From: the human T2T-CHM13v2.0 reference genome, Homo sapiens
NCBI RefSeq assembly: GCF_009914755.1
Contig: NC_060925.1
Strand: one strand, 5' to 3'
DNA: 64,000 nt
Position numbers and translations under genes: made by a program
Notes under the pieces: model-generated
What the model saw: only the letters and a program-made list of their open reading frames with translations
Database searches by the model: none
What the model was told of the DNA's origin: nothing
Shown: positions 27,401-41,890 of the stretch, piece after piece
Position numbering within the stretch: the stretch's first letter is position 1
Layout: every line of letters begins with the position of its first letter

Positions 27401-30400
27401 GATTGGAATCATTATCAAATGGAATCGAATGAAATCACCGAATAGAATCGAATGGAACAATCATCGAATGGACTCAAATGGAATTATCTTCAAATGGAAT
27501 CGAATGGAATTATCGAATGCAATCGAATGGAATTATCGAATGCAATCGAATAGAATCATCGAATGGACTCGAATGGAATCATCAAATGGAATGGAATGGA
27601 ACAGTCAATGAACTCGAATGGAATCATCATTGAATGGAATCGAATGGAATCATCGAGTGGAATCGAATGGAATTATGATCAAATGGAATCGAATGTAATC
27701 ATCATCAAATGGAATCAAAAATAACCATCATCAATTGGTATTGAATGGATTTGTCATCAAATGGAATTCAAAGGAATCATCATCAAATGGAACCGAATGG
27801 AATCCTCATTGAATGGAAATGAAAGGGGTCATCATCTAATGGAATCGCATGGAATCATCATCAAATGGAATCGAATGCAATCTTCATCAAATGGAATCTA
27901 ATGGAATCATTGAACAGAATTGAATGGAATCGTCATCGAATGAATTGAATGCAATCATCGAATGGTCTCGAATGGAAACATCTTCTAATGGAAAGGAATG
28001 GAATCATCGCATAGAATCGAATGGAATTAACATTGAATGGACTCGAATGGAATCCACATCAAACGGAATCAAGCGGAATTATCGAATGGAATCGAAGAGA
28101 ATCATCCAATGGACTCGAATGGAATCATCTAATGGAATGGAATGGAATAATCCACGGACTCGAATGCTATCATCATCGTATAGAATCGAATGGAATCATC
28201 GAATGGACTCGAATGGAATAATCATTGAACGGAATCAAATGGAATCATCATCGGATGGAAACGAATGGAATCATCATCGAATGGAAATGAAAAGAGTTAT
28301 CATCTAATGGAATTGCATGGAATCATCATAAAATGGAATCGAATGGAATCAACATCAAATGGAATCAAATGGAATCATTGAACGGAATTGAATGGAATCG
28401 TCATCGAATGAATTGAATGCAATCATCGAATGGTCTCGAATGGAATCATCTTCAAATGGAATGGTATGGAATCCTCGCATAGAATCGAATGTAATTATCA
28501 TCGAATGGAATCGAATGAAATCAACAACAAACGGAAAAAAAAGGAATTATCGAATGGAATCGAAGAGAATCATCGAATGGACCCGAATGGAATGATCTAA
28601 TGGAATGGAATGGAATAATCCATGGACTCGAATGCAATCATCATCGAATGGAATCGAATCGAATCATCGAATGGACTCGAATGGAATAATCATTGAACGG
28701 AATCGCATGGAGTCATCATCGGATGGAACTGAATGGAATCATCATCGAATGGAATCGAATAGAATTATGGAATGAAATCCAGTGTGATCAGCATCGAATG
28801 GACCCGAATGGAATCATCATCCAACGGAAGCTAATGGAATCAACATCGAATGAATCGAATGGAAACACCATCGAATTGAAACGAATGGAATTATCATGAA
28901 AGTGATATGGATGGACTCGTCATCGAATGGATTCGAATGGAATCATCGAATAAAATTGATTGAAATCATCATCAAGTGGAATCGAATGGTATCATTGAAT
29001 GGAATCGAATGGAATCATCAGATGGAAATGAATTGAATCGTCATAGAATGGAATCGAATGGATTCATTGAATGGAATCAGATGGAATCATCGAATGGACT
29101 GGAATGGAATCATTGAATGGACTCGAAAGGGATCATTATTGAATGGAATTGAATGGAATCATCGAATGGTCTCGATTGGAATCATTATCAAATGGAATCG
29201 AATGGAATCACCGAATAGAATCGAATGGAACAATCATCGAATGGACTCAAATGGAATTATCCTCAAATGGAATCGAATGGAATTATCGAATGCAATCGAA
29301 TGGAATTATCGAATGCAATCGAATAGAATCATCGAATAGATTCGAATGGAATCATCGAATGGAATGGAATGGAACAGTCAATGAACTCGAATGGAATCAT
29401 CATTGAATGGAATCGAATGGAATCATCGAGTGGAATCGAATGGAATTTGGATCAAAAGGAATCGAATGTAATCATCATCAAATGGAATCAAAAATAACAA
29501 TCATCAATTGGTATTGAATGGAATTGTCATCAAATGGAATTCAAAGGAATCATCATCAAATGGAACCGAATGGAATCCTCATTGAATGGAAATGAAAGGG
29601 GTCATCATCTAATGGAATCACATGGAATCATCATCAAATGGAATCGAAAGGAATCATCATCAAATGGAATCTAATGGAATCATTGAACAGAATTGAATGG
29701 AATCGTCATCGAATGAATTGAATACAATCATCGAATGGTCTCGAATGGAATCATCTTCTAATGGAAAGGAATGGAATCATCGCATAGAATCGAATGGAAT
29801 TAACATTGAATGGACTCGAATGGAATCAACATCTAACGGAATCAAGCGGAATTATCGAATGTAATCGAAGAGAACCATCGAATGGACTCGAATGGAATCA
29901 TCTAATGGAATGGAATGGAATAATCCACGGACTCGAATGCAATCATCATCGTATAGAATCGAATGGAATCATTGAATGGACTCGAATGGAATCATCATTG
30001 AACGGAATCGAATGGAATCATCATCGGATGGAAACGAATGGAATTATCATCGAATGGAAATGAAAGGAGTCATCATCTAATGGAATCGCATGGAATCATC
30101 ATAAAATGGAATTGAATGGAATCAACATCAAATGGAATCAAATGGAATCATTGAACGGAATTGAATGGAATCGTCATCGTATGAATTGAATGCAATCATC
30201 GAATGGTCTCGAATGGAATCATCTTCAAATGGAATGGAATGGAATCATCGCATAGAATCGAATGGAATTATCATCGAATGGAATCGAAAGGTATCAACAT
30301 CAAACGGAAAAAAACGGAATTATCGAATGGAATCGAAGAGAATCATCGAACGGACCCGAATGGAATCATCTAATGGAAAGGAATGGAATAATCCATGGAC

Positions 30401-30869
30401 TGGAATCCAATCATCATCGAATGGAATCGAATGGAATCATTGAAAGGACTCTAATGGAATAATCATTGAACGGAATCGAATGGAATCATCATCGAATGGA
30501 AACTAATGGAATCATCATCGAATGGAAATGAAAGGAGTCATCTAATGGAATTGCACGGAATCAACATAAAATGGAATCGAATGGAATCAACATCAAATGG
30601 AATGAAATGGAATCATTGAACGGAATTGAATGGAATCTTCATCGAATGAATTGAATGCAATCATCGAATGGTCTCGAATGGAATCATCTTCAAATGGAAT
30701 GGAATGGAATCATCGCATAGAATTGAATGGAATTATCATCGAATGGAATCGAATGGAATCAACATCAAACGGAAAAAAACGGAATTATCGAATGGAATCG
30801 AAGAGAATCATAGAATGGTCCAGAATGGAATCATCTAATGGAATGGAATGGAATAATCCATGGACTCGA

Positions 30870-33800
30870 ATGCAATCATCATCTAATGGAATCGAATGGA
30901 ATCATCGAATGGACTCGAATGGAATAATCATTGAACGGAATCGAATGGAATCATCATCGGATGGAAATGAATGGAATCATTATCGAATGGAATCGAATAG
31001 AATTATGGAATGAAATCCAGTGTCATCATCATCGAATGGACCCGAATGGAATCATCATCCAACGGAAGCTAATGGAATCAACATCGAATGAATCGAATGG
31101 AAACACCATCGAATTGAAACGAGTGGAATTATCATGAAATTGAAATGGATGGACTCATCATCGAATGGATTCGAATGGAATCATCGAATAAAATTGATTG
31201 AAATCGTCATCAAATGGAATCGAATGGAAGCATTGAGTGGAATCGAATGGAATCATCATCAGATGGAAATGAATGGAATCGTCATAGAATGGAATCGAAT
31301 GGATTCATTGAATGGAATCAGATGGAATCTTCGAATGGACTGGAATGGAATCATTGAATGGACTCGAAAGGGATCATTATTGAATGGAATTGAATGGAAT
31401 CATCGAATGGTCTCGATTGGAATCATTATCAAATGGAATCGAATGGAATCACCGAATAGAATCGAATGGAACAATCATCGAATGGACTCAAATGAAATTA
31501 TCCTCAAGTGGAATCGAATGGAATTATCGAATGCAATCGAATGGAATTATCGAATGCAATCGAATAGAATCATCGAATGGACTCGAATGTAATCATCAAA
31601 TGGAATGGAATGGAACAGTCAATGAACTCGAATGGAATCATCATTGAATGGAATCGAATGGAATCATCGAGTGGAATCAAATGGAATTATGATCAAATGG
31701 AATCGAATGTAATCATCATCAAATGGAATCAAAAATAACCATCATCAATTGGTATTCAATGGAATTGTCATCAAATGGAATTCAAAGGTATCATCATCAA
31801 ATGGAACCGAATGGAATCCTCATTGAATGGAAATGAAAGGGGTCATCATCTAATGGAATCGCATGGAATCATCATCAAATGGAATCGAATGGAATCATCA
31901 TCAAATGGAATCTAATGGAATCATTGAAAGAATTGAATGGAATCGTCATCGAATGAATTGAATGCAATCATCGAATGGTCTCGAATGGAATCATCTTCTA
32001 ATGGAAAGGAATGGAATCATCGCATAGAATCGAATGGAATTATCATCGAATGGAATCGAATGGTATCAACACCAAAAGGAAAAAAACGGAATTATGGAAT
32101 GGAATCGAAGAGAATCTTCGAACGGAACCGAATGGAATCATCTAATGGAATGGAATGGAATAATCCATGGACTCGAATGCAATCATCAACGAATGGAATC
32201 GAATGGAATCATCGAATGGACTCGAATGGAATAATCATTGAACGGAATCGAATGGAATCATCATCGGATGGAAACGAATGGAATCATCATCGAATGGAAA
32301 TGAAAGGAGTCATCATCTAATGGAATTGCATGGAATCATCATCAAATGGAATCGAATGGAATCAACATCAAATGGAATCAAATGGAATCATTGAACGGAA
32401 TTGAATGGAATCGTCATCGAATGAATTGAATGCAATCATCGAATGGTCTCGAATGGAAACATCTTCAAATGGAATGGAATGGAATCATCGCATACAATCG
32501 AATGGAATTATCATCGAATGGAATCGAATGGAATCAACATCAAACGGAAAAAAACGGAATTATCGAATGGAATCGAAGAGAATCATCGAATGGACCCGAA
32601 TGGAATCATCTAATGGAATGGAATGGAATAATCCATGGACTCGAATGCAATCATCATCGAATGGAATCGAATGGAATCATCGAATGGACTCGAATGGAAT
32701 AATCATTGAACGGAATCGAATGGAATCATCATCGGATGGAAATGAATGGAATCATCATCGAATGGAATCGAATAGAATTATGGAATGAAATCCAGTGTGA
32801 TCATCATCGAATGGACCCGAATGGAATCATCATCCAACGGAAGCTAATGGAATCAACATCGAATGAATCAAATGGAAACACCATCGAATTGAAACGAATG
32901 GAATTACCATGAAATTGAAATGGATGGACTCATCCTCAAATGGATTCGAGTGGAATCATCGAATAAAATTGATTGAAATCATCATCGAATGGAATCGAAT
33001 GGTATCATTGAATGGAATCGAATGGAATCATCATCAGATGGAAATGAAAGGAATCGTCATAGAATGGAATCGAATGGATTCATTGAATGGAATCAGATGG
33101 AATCATTGAATGGACTGGAATGGAATCATTGAATGGACTCGAAAGGGATCATTATTGAATGGAATTGAATGGAATCATCGAATGGTCTCGATTGGAATCA
33201 TTATCAAATGGAATCGAATGGAATCACCAAATAGAATCGAATGGAACAATCATCGAATGGACTCAAATGGAATTATCCTCAAATGGAATTGAATGGAATT
33301 ATCGAATGCAATCGAATGGAATTATCGAATGCAATCGAATAGAATCATCGAATGGACTCGAATGGAATCATCGAATGGAATGGAATGGAACAGTCAATGA
33401 ACTCGAATGGAATCATCATTGAATGGAATCGAATGGAATCATCGAGTGGAATCGAATGTAATCATCATCAAATGGAATCAAAAATAACCATCATCAAATG
33501 GAATCAAAAATAACCATCATCAATTGGTATTGAATGGAATTCTCATCAAATGGAATTCAAAGGAATCATCATCGAATGGAACCGAATGGAATCCTCATTG
33601 AATGGAAATGAAAGGGGTCATCATCTAATGGAAGCGCATGGAATCATCATCAAATGGAATCGAATGGAATCAACATCAAATGGAATCAAATGGAATCATT
33701 GAACGGAATTGAATGGAATCGTCATCGAATGAATTGAATGCAATCATCGAATGGTCTCGAATGGAATCATCTTCAAATGGAATGGAATGGAATCATCGCA

Positions 33801-36800
33801 TAGAATCGAATGGAATTTTCATCGAATGGAATCGAATGGAATCAACATCAAACGGAAAAAAACGGAATTATCGAATGGAATCGAAGAGAATCACCGAATG
33901 GACCCGAATGGAATCATCTAATGGAATGGAATGGAATAATCCATGGACTCGAATGCAATCATCATCGAATGGAATCATCGAATGGACTCGAATGGAATAA
34001 TCATTGAACGGAATCGAATGGAATCATCATCGGATGGAAATGAATGGAATCATCATCGAATGGAATCGAATAGAATTATGGAATGAAATCCAGTGTGATC
34101 ATCATCGAATGGACCCGAATGGAATCATCATCCAACGGAAGCTAATGGAATCAACATCGAATGAATCAAATGGAAACACCATCGAATTGAAACGAATGGA
34201 ATTACCATGAAATTGAAATGGATGGACTCATCCTCAAATGGATTCGAGTGGAATCATCGAATAAAATCGATTGAAATCATCATCGAATGGAATAGAATGG
34301 TATCATTGAATGGAATCGAATGGAATCATCATCAGATGGAAATGAAAGGAATCGTCATAGAATGGAATCGAATGGATTCATTGAATGGAATCAGATGGAA
34401 TCATTGAATGGACTGGAATGGAATCATTGAATGGACTCGAAAGGGATCATTATTGAATGGAATTGAATGGAATCATCGAATGGTCTCGATTGGAATCATT
34501 ATCAAATGGAATCGAATGGAATCACCGAATAGAATCGAATGGAACAATCATCGAATGGACTCAAATGGAATTATCCTCAAATGGAATCGAATGGAATTAT
34601 CGAATGCAATCGAATGGAATTATCGAATGCAATCGAATAGAATCATCGAATGGACTCGAATGGAATCATCGAATGGAATGGAATGGAACAGTCAATGAAC
34701 TCGAATGGAATCATCATTGAATGGAATCGAATGGAATCATCGAGTGGAATCGAATGTCATCATCATCAAATGGAATCAAAAATAACCATCATCAAATGGA
34801 ATCAAAAGTAACCATCATCAATTGGTATTGAATGGAATTCTCATCAAATGGAATTCAAAGGAATCATCATCAAATGGAACCGAATGGAATCCTCATTGAA
34901 TGGAAATGAAAGGGGTCATCATCTAATGGAATCGCATGGAATCATCATAAAATGGAATAGAATGGAATCAACATCAAATGGAATCAAATGGAATCATTGA
35001 ACGGAATTGAATGGAATCGTCATCGAATGAATTGAATGCAATCATCGAATGGTCTCGAATGGAATCATCTTCAAATGGAATGGAATGGAATCATCGCATA
35101 GAATCGAATGGAATTATCATCGAATGGAATCGAATGGAATCAACATCAAACGGAAAAAAACGGAATTATCGAATGGAATCGAAGAGAATCATCGAATGGA
35201 CCCGAATGGAATCATCTAATGGAATGGAATGGAATAATCCATGGACTCGAATGCAATCATCATCGAATGGAATCGAATGGAATCATCGAATGGACTCGAA
35301 TGGAATAATCATTGAACGGAATCGAATGGAATCATCATCGGATGGAAATGAATGGAATCATCATCGAATGGAATCGAATAGAATTATGGAATGAAATCCA
35401 GTGTGATCATCATCGAATGGACCCGAATGGAATCATCATCCATCGGAAGCAAATGGAATCAACATCGAATGAATCGAATGGAAACACCATCGAATTGAAA
35501 CGAATGGAATTATCATGAAATTGAAATGGATGGACTCATCATCGAATGGATTCGAATGGAATCATCGAATAAAATTGATTGAAATCATCATCAAATGGAA
35601 TCGAATGGTATCATTGAATGGAATCGAATGGAATCATCATCAGATGGAAATGAATGGAATCGTCATAGAATGGAATCGAATGGATTCATTGAATGGAATC
35701 AGATGGAATCATCGAATGGACTGGAATGGAATCATTGAATGGACTCGAAAGGGATCATGATTGAATGGAATTGAATTGAATCATCGAATGGTCTCGATTG
35801 GAATCATTATCAAATGGAATCGAATGGAATCACCGAATAGAATCGAATGGAACAATCATCGAATGGACTCAAATGGAATTATCCTCAAATGGAATCGAAT
35901 GGAATTATCGAATGCAATCGAATGGAATTATCGAATGCAATCGAATAGAATCATCGAATGGACTCGAATGGAATCATCGAATGGAATGGAATGGAACAGT
36001 CAATGAACTCGAATGGAATCATCATTGAATGGAATCGAATGGAATCATCGAGTGGAATCGAATGGAATTATGATCAAATGGAATCGAATGTAATCATCAT
36101 CAAATGGAATCAAAAATAACCATCATCAATTGGTATTGAATGGAATTGTCATCAAATGGAATTCAAAGGAAACATCATCAAATGGAACCGAATGGAATCC
36201 TCATTGAATGGAAATGAAAGGGGTCATCATATAATGGAATCGCATGGAATCATCATCAAATGGAATCGAATGGAATCATCATCAAATGGAATCTAATGGA
36301 ATCATTCAACAGAATTGAATGGAATCGTCATCGAATGAATTGAATGCAATCATCGAATGGTCTCGAATGGAACCATCTTCTAATGGAAAGGAATGGAATC
36401 ATCGCATAGAATCGAATGGAATTGTCATCGAATGGAATCGAATGGTATCAACACCAAACGGAAAAAAACGGAATTATCGAATGGAATCGAAGAGAATCTT
36501 CGAACGGACCCGAATGGAATCATCTAATGGAATGGAATGGAATAATCCATGGTCTCGAATGCAATCATCATCGAATGGAATCGAATGGAATCATCGAATG
36601 GACTCGAATGCAATAATCATTGAACGGAATCGAATGGAATCATCATCGGATGGAAACGAATGGAATCATCATCGGATGGGAATGAAAGGAGTCATCATCT
36701 AATGGAATTGCATGGAATCATCATCAAATGGAATCGAATGGAATCAACATCAAATGGAATCAAATGGAATCATTGAACGGAATTGAATGGAATCGTCATC

Positions 36801-39800
36801 GAATGAATTGAATGCAATCATCGAATGGTCTCGAATGGAATCATCTTCAAATGGAATGGAATGGAATCATCGCATAGAATCGAATGGAATTCTCATCGAA
36901 TGGAATCGAATGGAATCAACATCAAACGGAAAAAAACGGAATTATCGAATGGAATCGAAGAGAATCATCGAATGGGCCCGAATGGAATCATCTAATGGAA
37001 TGGAATGGAATAATCCATGGACTCGAATGCAATCATCATCTAATGGAATCGAATGGAATCATCGAATGGACTCGAATGGAATAATCATTGAACGGAATCG
37101 AATGGAATCATCATCGGATGGAAATGAATGGAATCATTATCGAATGGAATCGAATAGAATTATGGAATGAAATCCAGTGTCATCATCATCGAATGGACCC
37201 GAATGGAATCATCATCCAACGGAAGCTAATGGAATCAACATCGAATGAATCGAATGGAAACACCATCGAATTGAAACGAGTGGAATTATCATGAAATTGA
37301 AATGGATGGACTCATCATCGAATGGATTCGAATGGAATCATCGAATAAAATTGATTGAAATCGTCATCAAATGGAATCGAATGGAAGCATTGAGTGGAAT
37401 CGAATGGAATCATCATCAGATGGAAATGAATGGAATCGTCATAGAATGGAATCGAATGGATTCATTGAATGGAATCAGATGGAATCTTCGAATGGACTGG
37501 AATGGAATCATTGAATGGACTCGAAAGGGATCATTATTGAATGGAATTGAATGGAATCATCGAATGGTCTCGATTGGAATCATTATCAAATGGAATCGAA
37601 TGGAATCACCGAATAGAATCGAATGGAACAATCATCGAATGGACTCAAATGAAATTATCCTCAAGTGGAATCGAATGGAATTATCGAATGCAATCGAATG
37701 GAATTATCGAATGCAATCGAATAGAATCATCGAATGGACTCGAATGTAATCATCAAATGGAATGGAATGGAACAGTCAATGAACTCGAATGGAATCATCA
37801 TTGAATGGAATCGAATGGAATCATCGAGTGGAATCGAATGGAATTATGATCAAATGGAATCGAATGTAATCATCATCAAATGGAATCAAAAATAACCATC
37901 ATCAATTGGTATTCAATGGAATTGTCATCAAATGGAATTCAAAGGTATCATCATCAAATGGAACCGAATGGAATCCTCATTGAATGGAAATGAAAGGGGT
38001 CATCATCTAATGGAATCGCATGGAATCATCATCAAATGGAATCGAATGGAATCATCATCAAATGGAATCTAATGGAATCATTGAAAGAATTGAATGGAAT
38101 CGTCATCGAATGAATTGAATGCAATCATCGAATGGTCTCGAATGGAATCATCTTCTAATGGAAAGGAATGGAATCATCGCATAGAATCGAATGGAATTAT
38201 CATCGAATGGAATCGAATGGTATCAACACCAAAAGGAAAAAAACGGAATTATGGAATGGAATCGAAGAGAATCTTCGAACGGACCCGAATGGAATCATCT
38301 AATGGAATGGAATGGAATAATCCATGGACTCGAATGCAATCATCAACGAATGGAATCGAATGGAATCATCGAATGGACTCGAATGGAATAATCATTGAAC
38401 GGAATCGAATGGAATCATCATCGGATGGAAACGAATGGAATCATCATCGAATGGAAATGAAAGGAGTCATCATCTAATGGAATTGCATGGAATCATCATC
38501 AAATGGAATCGAATGGAATCAACATCAAATGGAATCAAATGGAATCATTGAACGGAATTGAATGGAATCGTCATCGAATGAATTGAATGCAATCATCGAA
38601 TGGTCTCGAATGGAAACATCTTCAAATGGAATGGAATGGAATCATCGCATACAATCGAATGGAATTATCATCGAATGGAATCGAATGGAATCAACATCAA
38701 ACGGAAAAAAACGGAATTATCGAATGGAATCGAAGAGAATCATCGAATGGACCCGAATGGAATCATCTAATGGAATGGAATGGAATAATCCATGGACTCG
38801 AATGCAATCATCATCGAATGGAATCGAATGGAATCATCGAATGGACTCGAATGGAATAATCATTGAACGGAATCGAATGGAATCATCATCGGATGGAAAT
38901 GAATGGAATCATCATCGAATGGAATCGAATAGAATTATGGAATGAAATCCAGTGTGATCATCATCGAATGGACCCGAATGGAATCATCATCCAACGGAAG
39001 CTAATGGAATCAACATCGAATGAATCAAATGGAAACACCATCGAATTGAAACGAATGGAATTACCATGAAATTGAAATGGATGGACTCATCCTCAAATGG
39101 ATTCGAGTGGAATCATCGAATAAAATCGATTGAAATCATCATCGAATGGAATAGAATGGTATCATTGAATGGAATCGAATGGAATCATCATCAGATGGAA
39201 ATGAAAGGAATCGTCATAGAATGGAATCGAATGGATTCATTGAATGGAATCAGATGGAATCATTGAATGGACTGGAATGGAATCATTGAATGGACTCGAA
39301 AGGGATCATTATTGAATGGAATTGAATGGAATCATCGAATGGTCTCGATTGGAATCATTATCAAATGGAATCGAATGGAATCACCGAATAGAATCGAATG
39401 GAACAATCATCGAATGGACTCAAATGGAATTATCCTCAAATGGAATCGAATGGAATTATCGAATGCAATCGAATGGAATTATCGAATGCAATCGAATAGA
39501 ATCATCGAATGGACTCGAATGGAATCATCGAATGGAATGGAATGGAACAGTCAATGAACTCGAATGGAATCATCATTGAATGGAATCGAATGGAATCATC
39601 GAGTGGAATCGAATGTCATCATCATCAAATGGAATCAAAAATAACCATCATCAAATGGAATCAAAAGTAACCATCATCAATTGGTATTGAATGGAATTCT
39701 CATCAAATGGAATTCAAAGGAATCATCATCAAATGGAACCGAATGGAATCCTCATTGAATGGAAATGAAAGGGGTCATCATCTAATGGAATCGCATGGAA

Positions 39801-41890
39801 TCATCATAAAATGGAATAGAATGGAATCAACATCAAATGGAATCAAATGGAATCATTGAACGGAATTGAATGGAATCGTCATCGAATGAATTGAATGCAA
39901 TCATCGAATGGTCTCGAATGGAATCATCTTCAAATGGAATGGAATGGAATCATCGCATAGAATCGAATGGAATTATCATCGAATGGAATCGAATGGAATC
40001 AACATCAAACGGAAAAAAACGGAATTATCGAATGGAATCGAAGAGAATCATCGAATGGACCCGAATGGAATCATCTAATGGAATGGAATGGAATAATCCA
40101 TGGACTCGAATGCAATCATCATCGAATGGAATCGAATGGAATCATCGAATGGACTCGAATGGAATAATCATTGAACGGAATCGAATGGAATCATCATCGG
40201 ATGGAAATGAATGGAATCATCATCGAATGGAATCGAATAGAATTATGGAATGAAATCCAGTGTGATCATCATCGAATGTACCCGAATGGAATCATCATCC
40301 ATCGGAAGCAAATGGAATCAACATCGAATGAATCGAATGGAAACACCATCGAATTGAAACGAATGGAATTATCATGAAATTGAAATGGATGGACTCATCA
40401 TCGAATGGATTCGAATGGAATCATCGAATAAAATTGATTGAAATCATCATCAAATGGAATCGAATGGCATCATTGAATGGAATCGAATGGAATCATCATC
40501 AGATGGAAATGAATGGAATCGTCATAGAATGGAATCGAATGGATTCATTGAATGGAATCAGATGGAATCATCGAATGGACTGGAATGGAATCATTGAATG
40601 GACTCGAAAGGGATCATGATTGAATGGAATTGAATGGAATCATCGAATGGTCTCGATTGGAATCATTATCAAATGGAATCGAATGGAATCACCGAATAGA
40701 ATCGAATGGAACAATCATCGAATGGACTCAAATGGAATTATCCTCCAATGGAATCGAATGGAATTATCGAATGCAATCGAATGGAATTATCGAATGCAAT
40801 CGAATAGAATCATCGAATGGACTCGAATGGAATCATCGAATGGAATGGAATGGAACAGTCAATGAACTCGAATGGAATCATCATTGAATGGAATCGAATG
40901 GAATCATCGAGTGGAATCGAATGGAATTATGATCAAATGGAATCGAATGTAATCATCATCAAATGGAATCAAAAATAACCATCATCAATTGGTATTGAAT
41001 GGAATTGTCATCAAATGGAATTCAAAGGAAACATCATCAAATGGAACCGAATGGAATCCTCATTGAATGGAAATGAAAGGGGTCATCATATAATGGAATC
41101 GCATGGAATCATCATCAAATGGAATCGAATGGAATCATCATCAAATGGAATCTAATGGAATCATTCAACAGAATTGAATGGAATCGTCATCGAATGAATT
41201 GAATGCAATCATCGAATGGTCTCGAATGGAACCATCTTCTAATGGAAAGGAATGGAATCATCGCATAGAATCGAATGGAATTGTCATCGAATGGAATCGA
41301 ATGGTATCAACATCAAACGGAAAAAAACGGAATTATCGAATGGAATCGAAGAGAATCTTCGAACGGACCCGAATGGAATCATCTAATGGAATGGAATGGA
41401 ATAATCCATGGACTCGAATGCAATCATCATCGAATGGAATCGAATGGAATCATCGAATGGACTCGAATGCAATAATCATTGAACGGAATCGAATGGAATC
41501 ATCATCGGATGGAAACGAATGGAATCATCATCGGATGGGAATGAAAGGAGTCATCATCTAATGGAATTGCATGGAATCATCATAAAATGGAATCGAATGG
41601 AATCAACATCAAATGGAATCAAATGGAATCATTGAACGGAATTGAATGGAATCGTCATCGAATGAATTGAATGCAATCATCGAATGGTATCGAATGGAAT
41701 CATCTTCAAATGGAATGGAATGGAATCATCGCATAGAATCGAATGGAATTCTCATCGAATGGAATCGAATGGAATCAACATCAAACGGAAAAAAACGGAA
41801 TTATCGAATGGAATCGAAGAGAATCATCGAATGGGCCCGAATGGAATCATCTAATGGAATGGAATGGAATAATCCATGGACTCGAATGCA
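30870..41890 (+). repeat. Tandem duplication of a multi-unit block (6157-bp copy followed by a 4859-bp copy)
   Basis: Identical variant ORFs occur at an offset of 6157 (30931/37088, 32405/38562) and then 4859 (34207/39066, 35011/39870). The 1298-bp difference equals one short unit. Confidence 0.88.
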
